Assembly: GCA_048939995.1 (NCBI GenBank)
Contig: JBHLOY010000003.1
Coordinates: 192,001 to 256,000 of the forward strand
Length of the DNA stretch: 64,000 nt
DNA from: Promethearchaeota archaeon
GTDB taxonomy: Archaea > Asgardarchaeota > Lokiarchaeia > Sigyniarchaeales > SOKP01
Direction of reading: 5' to 3'
Position 1 is the stretch's first letter. The number at the start of each line of letters is the position of its first letter. A program made the position numbers and the translations under genes. This document shows positions 59,933 to 64,000 of the stretch, one piece after another. Below the pieces are notes generated by a model. It was not told the DNA's origin. It ran no database searches and saw only the letters and a program-made list of their open reading frames with translations.

Positions 59933-62900
59933 CTATAAAATAATTTTGTGTAAAATATATATATTAAAAAAAAAATAGTGTAATTTGTATTTATATTTGA
60001 AGTTTGCAAGAACAAGAGTAGCTTCACTCCCCTTTAGATTTTTCCAAGTTTTTTAAATTAAAATATACCTCTTCTAGAATTGTAAGATACTCAATTAAGG
60101 CTTTCTTATTTTTCGACTTTTGCTCATATTCAATTTTCACTGCTTTCAATAAATATTTTGGAAAAAGATATTCAATATAGACATCTGAAAGGAGTGCATA
60201 GTATTCAATGTTCTTATCATCATGATACACTTTTATCATCTGATTATCCCAGAGAATTTTTAAGACACCATAAATATCATCAACGCCTTTCTGTCTAAGC
60301 TTCTCAAGATCTTGTCTTGTTACGATCGCAGTTCTTAAAAGTCTCAAAGTCTCATATACTTGTGGATTAGTTAAGATCTTAGCTATTTTAATGTTGTCTT
60401 CTTCTGCTGGGCGATAATTCTGAAAAAAGCTCGTTACATCATTGGGATATTCAGTAGTAAATTGACGAGGTAAGCCATGGCTAGTTGGTTTATCAAGTAA
60501 TTTAAGTGGTGGGATTCTTAAGATAAATATATCATTAGTGAGAAAAACTAATTCTGATGGGATTTTCTTTACCGAACTAATTTTTATAATTTCTAGTTTA
60601 ACAAGTTCATTTAAGATCGCCTCCATATCAAAAAAGCCTTCCATATATTTATCTTTAAGCAATATTGTTAACTCTGATTTAGTTATAACTCCATCATCTC
60701 TTAGTAAATTGATAATAGTACGTATAATCTTGTTATGATAAGCAAGTGCAAGAGATTCTTCAGAACTAAGTGATGGATATAATGATAAGCGCTGAAAAAG
60801 TGGCTTAACCATCTGGATATTTAATTCATCCTCACGATTTTCTAAAAGAGTTTGTAAAATATTAGCCATTCCACCTTCATAAAGATCGGGATCATCATCT
60901 AAACCTAAAATTAAAACAAGATAATAACCTTGTTCAGGTCCAGCATAATAAGATAATAAATTTGATCCCTCTGTAGTTAACATTATAATCCCTTTTTCTC
61001 CACTATATTCATGTGTACTATATATTTGCATTAGCGTTTTACTCGATAACTGTATATCTTCGGGATATTTACTTAATACTTCCATTCCAATTCTCTCATC
61101 CCATTTCATTAAAAATAAACCACCTGGTTTTTTATCTTGGGTTTTAGTTATTTGTGAAGGCCTTCCTTTGATTATTGCTTCCTCTTTTTCTTTCTCAATG
61201 GTAATTCCAAGTATCTCTTCTATTGATAATCCAATCTTCGCCCAATCTTTTTTTATAATCTTCCCAATGAATACTTGTTTATCACTATAAAGTAGTGATT
61301 CAGCAATACTATCATCTTTTTTAATAGCTTTTTTCATTGCCCTTACTCTTCTTACAAAAGCGGGAATTTTGGCATAATGATAAACTCTATATCCAACGAT
61401 ACTTCCTACTATCGCGATAGTTGCAGCTAAAATTAGTAGGAAATAAAAGGTTGGCATCCCTGGAAAGATTTGTTCCATTTCAACGACAATAATAATATCA
61501 AATTCTTGAGAAATATAATCCTCTTTTGTGATATTGATAGTTCCTGTAAATGTAACCGATGTGAAAAAGGCATCAACATTATTCGTAGAAAACGTAAATG
61601 TGTATACACCATTCCCAATATGCGTAAAATTGTATACATTTCCACCCATCGTCAATATTACTGTAGCGTTAAGTAACCTAATATCATTTTTTGTAGGATC
61701 AGTCAGAATTAATTGTATTGGAACCAGATTGCCTTTCACTACACTTGTTTGTCTATTTTGGAAGTTATCACTTAAAATAGGAATCCCGATCTCTCGCTTT
61801 TTAATAGTCAAAAATAACATTGCATTCTTATAATCATAATTTATTCTTTCTAAAATAACAATTAGGAGATACTCCCCTACTAATCGTGATTGTGTATTAA
61901 AGTCTAAGATATAGGTATTATCCGTAGCGGTAATTATATTTCCTTGACCACTTTCAATTACATTACCTGCTTGATCATAGCGTTCCCAAAGGTAATATTT
62001 AGTTTCTAAGTTGGCAATTTTGGCTCCGCTTATTGCATCAGTATAGACAAAAGTGAAATTAACTGTATCCTTTATATAAATGCTTTCAATTTTTCTAAAA
62101 AAGTCTGAAGACTGGTTTAATAAAGTAGGGCGATTCAAGACATTCAAATTTAAATCTTTTATAGCTGCACCAAAATGGGCTTTTTGTAAAGTAAATCGTA
62201 CAGTATATTGATCAGTATCAAGCAAAGACGTATCAATTGTCTTTAGGTAATATCCTAAACTGGGATAATATGAAGCAGTTCCATAGATGGAAGGATTCTC
62301 AACAATTGAATACGATAAAGAACCTATTGTTTCATACGATACCGTTCGTGAATACTTGATTGAAAGTTGAAGGGTGAAATTTACCTGGAAAGCAGTTTCA
62401 ATAACCGCATGTAGGATTTGTTCTTTCGTAAAGCCTCTTAGCGAGAATGTTCCCATACCGAGAGTAACATCAGATATTGCATATTTTTGCCCTCCAATAG
62501 TGATATTCATTGCTAAATCTGAGGGGAGGAAATAAGTTGAACCACTTTTTATTTCTTTAACCCATAAAAATGCTTCGAGTTCATTCCAATGACTTTCGCC
62601 GGCGTCTACTTGTATCATACCTCCATTAGTGATCCCTGGTTCTACTATCGTGAGATTAAATGTTTCCAAACGGAGGTTCTGATAAAAGCCTTGAACATAT
62701 TCAACATAAATGATTGCATTAAAGATAATATAAGGCTGACTTTCAATTGTAAATACAAATTGGTTTCCAATAGAATAAATCTGTCTATCATCGATGGTTA
62801 AGGAGCCTGTTCCATTCGTATAGCCATGATCTAGTGCATATATAAACCCTTCGTTTGTACTAATATTCAGAATACTTAAACTTGATAAATCCACGACACT

Positions 62901-64000
62901 CCAATTAGAGGTGTTATAACACTCAAATATCTCAAAAGTGATGTTATCTATTGTCCAGCCTTCTACTTCCGTTAAAAGAGATATCTCATTGCTAACATTA
63001 AATTTTGAATATTGAACATTAATTGAATCTCTAATAAAGTATGCATCTGCTATAATATCAATGGGGCTATCAAAGGAACCCCCAATTATGAACTCAAAAA
63101 TGTTATTATGTGTAAGGCTAGCTTTATTTATATTTAAGGTAATTCCTTTCCACGTACGCCCCAAATAATCCCATCCACTATGATTGGAACTATGGAACAT
63201 ATAAAAGTTTCCAAAAGGGTCTTCAACGGTAATATTGATGTCAGATATACCAACATTCCATGAAATATTATAAAGATTTAATATTATTTTGGATAAATTC
63301 CAATGAGTTTCTAAATCAGAAATTAAGAAATCAAATTCATGATTGATATTCTGGAAGAGAGCATTTTCTATGGTAAGCATTTCAGAATTGCTGCCATATG
63401 AGCTTAATGTCATATTAGCAGTTTCTAACCAATATACAGATTGATCAGAATCAACATTTTCAGATTGATTTAATTCTAAGTCATTGTTTAAAATATCAAG
63501 CTGAAGAATTAAGTCAGAAGGAATAATAAAACCCGATTTATAAGCTGAAATTATAATTATATAACTTTTATCACTCTCAAGTTGGTTCGTATTTATCTCT
63601 ATAAAGTGTCTCCCTAGGTTGCCTATCTCCTTTGAAAATGTTCCTGACTTTACAGGAATACCTCCAAACAGCAAATCGTATCTCATTGAGTCTGCATAAG
63701 TAGGTCCTAAAAGATCTTTATATTCTTCTTCTACTTTACTAACATTAAACAATGTTCGAAGTTTTAATACAGAACCCCATTCAATTTCAATATAATCTGT
63801 TGGATTTAATGATATTAATTCTGTTTGAAAATTGCTCAAACCTGTTATTGAAAATCTAAATTCATATGAATCTTTATTTACAACTGTAAAAGTATAATTA
63901 TTCACTTCAGGAATCCCTCCAACAGTTCGATTAAAATCTTGATTCCTTCCATAAAATTCGATTTGAAGGCAATAGTCTCCACTGATCTCAAAAGAAGTCA
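53220..64000. repeat. Long direct duplication: 53220..55900 versus 61320..64000 (offset about 8.1 kb)
   Basis: Long near-identical nucleotide runs, e.g. GGTAATTCCTTTCCACGTACGCCCCAAATAATCCCATCCACTAT in both copies. Confidence 0.9.
60024..64000 (-). CDS. Paralogous giant type-I membrane protein (5' part outside the window)
   Basis: Frame stays open to the window end; stalk, TM and cytoplasmic longin-like region collinear with 51938..59932. Confidence 0.85.
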   Translation of the reverse strand, partial: TSFEISGDYCLQIEFYGRNQDFNRTVGGIPEVNNYTFTVVNKDSYEFRFSITGLSNFQTELISLNPTDYIEIEWGSVLKLRTLFNVSKVEEEYKDLLGPTYADSMRYDLLFGGIPVKSGTFSKEIGNLGRHFIEINTNQLESDKSYIIIISAYKSGFIIPSDLILQLDILNNDLELNQSENVDSDQSVYWLETANMTLSSYGSNSEMLTIENALFQNINHEFDFLISDLETHWNLSKIILNLYNISWNVGISDINITVEDPFGNFYMFHSSNHSGWDYLGRTWKGITLNINKASLTHNNIFEFIIGGSFDSPIDIIADAYFIRDSINVQYSKFNVSNEISLLTEVEGWTIDNITFEIFECYNTSNWSVVDLSSLSILNISTNEGFIYALDHGYTNGTGSLTIDDRQIYSIGNQFVFTIESQPYIIFNAIIYVEYVQGFYQNLRLETFNLTIVEPGITNGGMIQVDAGESHWNELEAFLWVKEIKSGSTYFLPSDLAMNITIGGQKYAISDVTLGMGTFSLRGFTKEQILHAVIETAFQVNFTLQLSIKYSRTVSYETIGSLSYSIVENPSIYGTASYYPSLGYYLKTIDTSLLDTDQYTVRFTLQKAHFGAAIKDLNLNVLNRPTLLNQSSDFFRKIESIYIKDTVNFTFVYTDAISGAKIANLETKYYLWERYDQAGNVIESGQGNIITATDNTYILDFNTQSRLVGEYLLIVILERINYDYKNAMLFLTIKKREIGIPILSDNFQNRQTSVVKGNLVPIQLILTDPTKNDIRLLNATVILTMGGNVYNFTHIGNGVYTFTFSTNNVDAFFTSVTFTGTINITKEDYISQEFDIIIVVEMEQIFPGMPTFYFLLILAATIAIVGSIVGYRVYHYAKIPAFVRRVRAMKKAIKKDDSIAESLLYSDKQVFIGKIIKKDWAKIGLSIEEILGITIEKEKEEAIIKGRPSQITKTQDKKPGGLFLMKWDERIGMEVLSKYPEDIQLSSKTLMQIYSTHEYSGEKGIIMLTTEGSNLLSYYAGPEQGYYLVLILGLDDDPDLYEGGMANILQTLLENREDELNIQMVKPLFQRLSLYPSLSSEESLALAYHNKIIRTIINLLRDDGVITKSELTILLKDKYMEGFFDMEAILNELVKLEIIKISSVKKIPSELVFLTNDIFILRIPPLKLLDKPTSHGLPRQFTTEYPNDVTSFFQNYRPAEEDNIKIAKILTNPQVYETLRLLRTAIVTRQDLEKLRQKGVDDIYGVLKILWDNQMIKVYHDDKNIEYYALLSDVYIEYLFPKYLLKAVKIEYEQKSKNKKALIEYLTILEEVYFNLKNLEKSKGE

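Noticed and set aside
2723-62801. Numerous short antisense or overlapping ORFs in the track (e.g. 2723..2998, 3852..4073, 14765..14995, 27113..27448, 39512..39811, 49154..49423, 57726..58028, 61528..61833)
   Set aside because: They lie opposite or inside well-supported genes and have no motifs; they are shadow ORFs
53220-64000. Duplication as a mobile element or a DGR template/variable repeat pair
   Set aside because: No transposase, integrase or reverse transcriptase in the window; both copies are coding and the differences are not adenine-specific

Overview
AT-rich archaeal chromosomal segment, most consistent with an Asgard archaeon of the Lokiarchaeia type. Evidence: a divergent actin, a gelsolin-domain protein, a roadblock protein, longin/uDENN proteins, an MglA-like GTPase, intron-containing tRNAs, and bacterial-type gyrase and NAD-dependent ligase. 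Housekeeping genes include asnS, pdaD, two dys paralogues, cofE-like/folP, gyrBA, a DEAD-box helicase, ligA and nnr. The best candidate for an undescribed system is a minus-strand cluster at about 27.7-35.6 kb. It encodes a U32-family Fe-S hydroxylase, two radical SAM/SPASM paralogues, a B12-dependent radical SAM enzyme, an ABBA aromatic prenyltransferase and an SCP2 lipid carrier. Four of these enzymes, from three unrelated folds, carry the same ~80-aa DUF2621-like helical module, suggesting a docked metabolon that makes a prenylated aromatic (quinone-like) lipid anaerobically. Other highlights: an actin gene string with apparently dead CHAT and PLD-fold pseudoenzymes; a longin with a folliculin-type ARG motif; tandem giant receptor-like proteins joining DUF2341/LamG ectodomains to cytoplasmic longin-like domains; and a tRNA-Thr with a non-canonical 28/29 intron. 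All family calls come from motif recognition by eye, not database searches.
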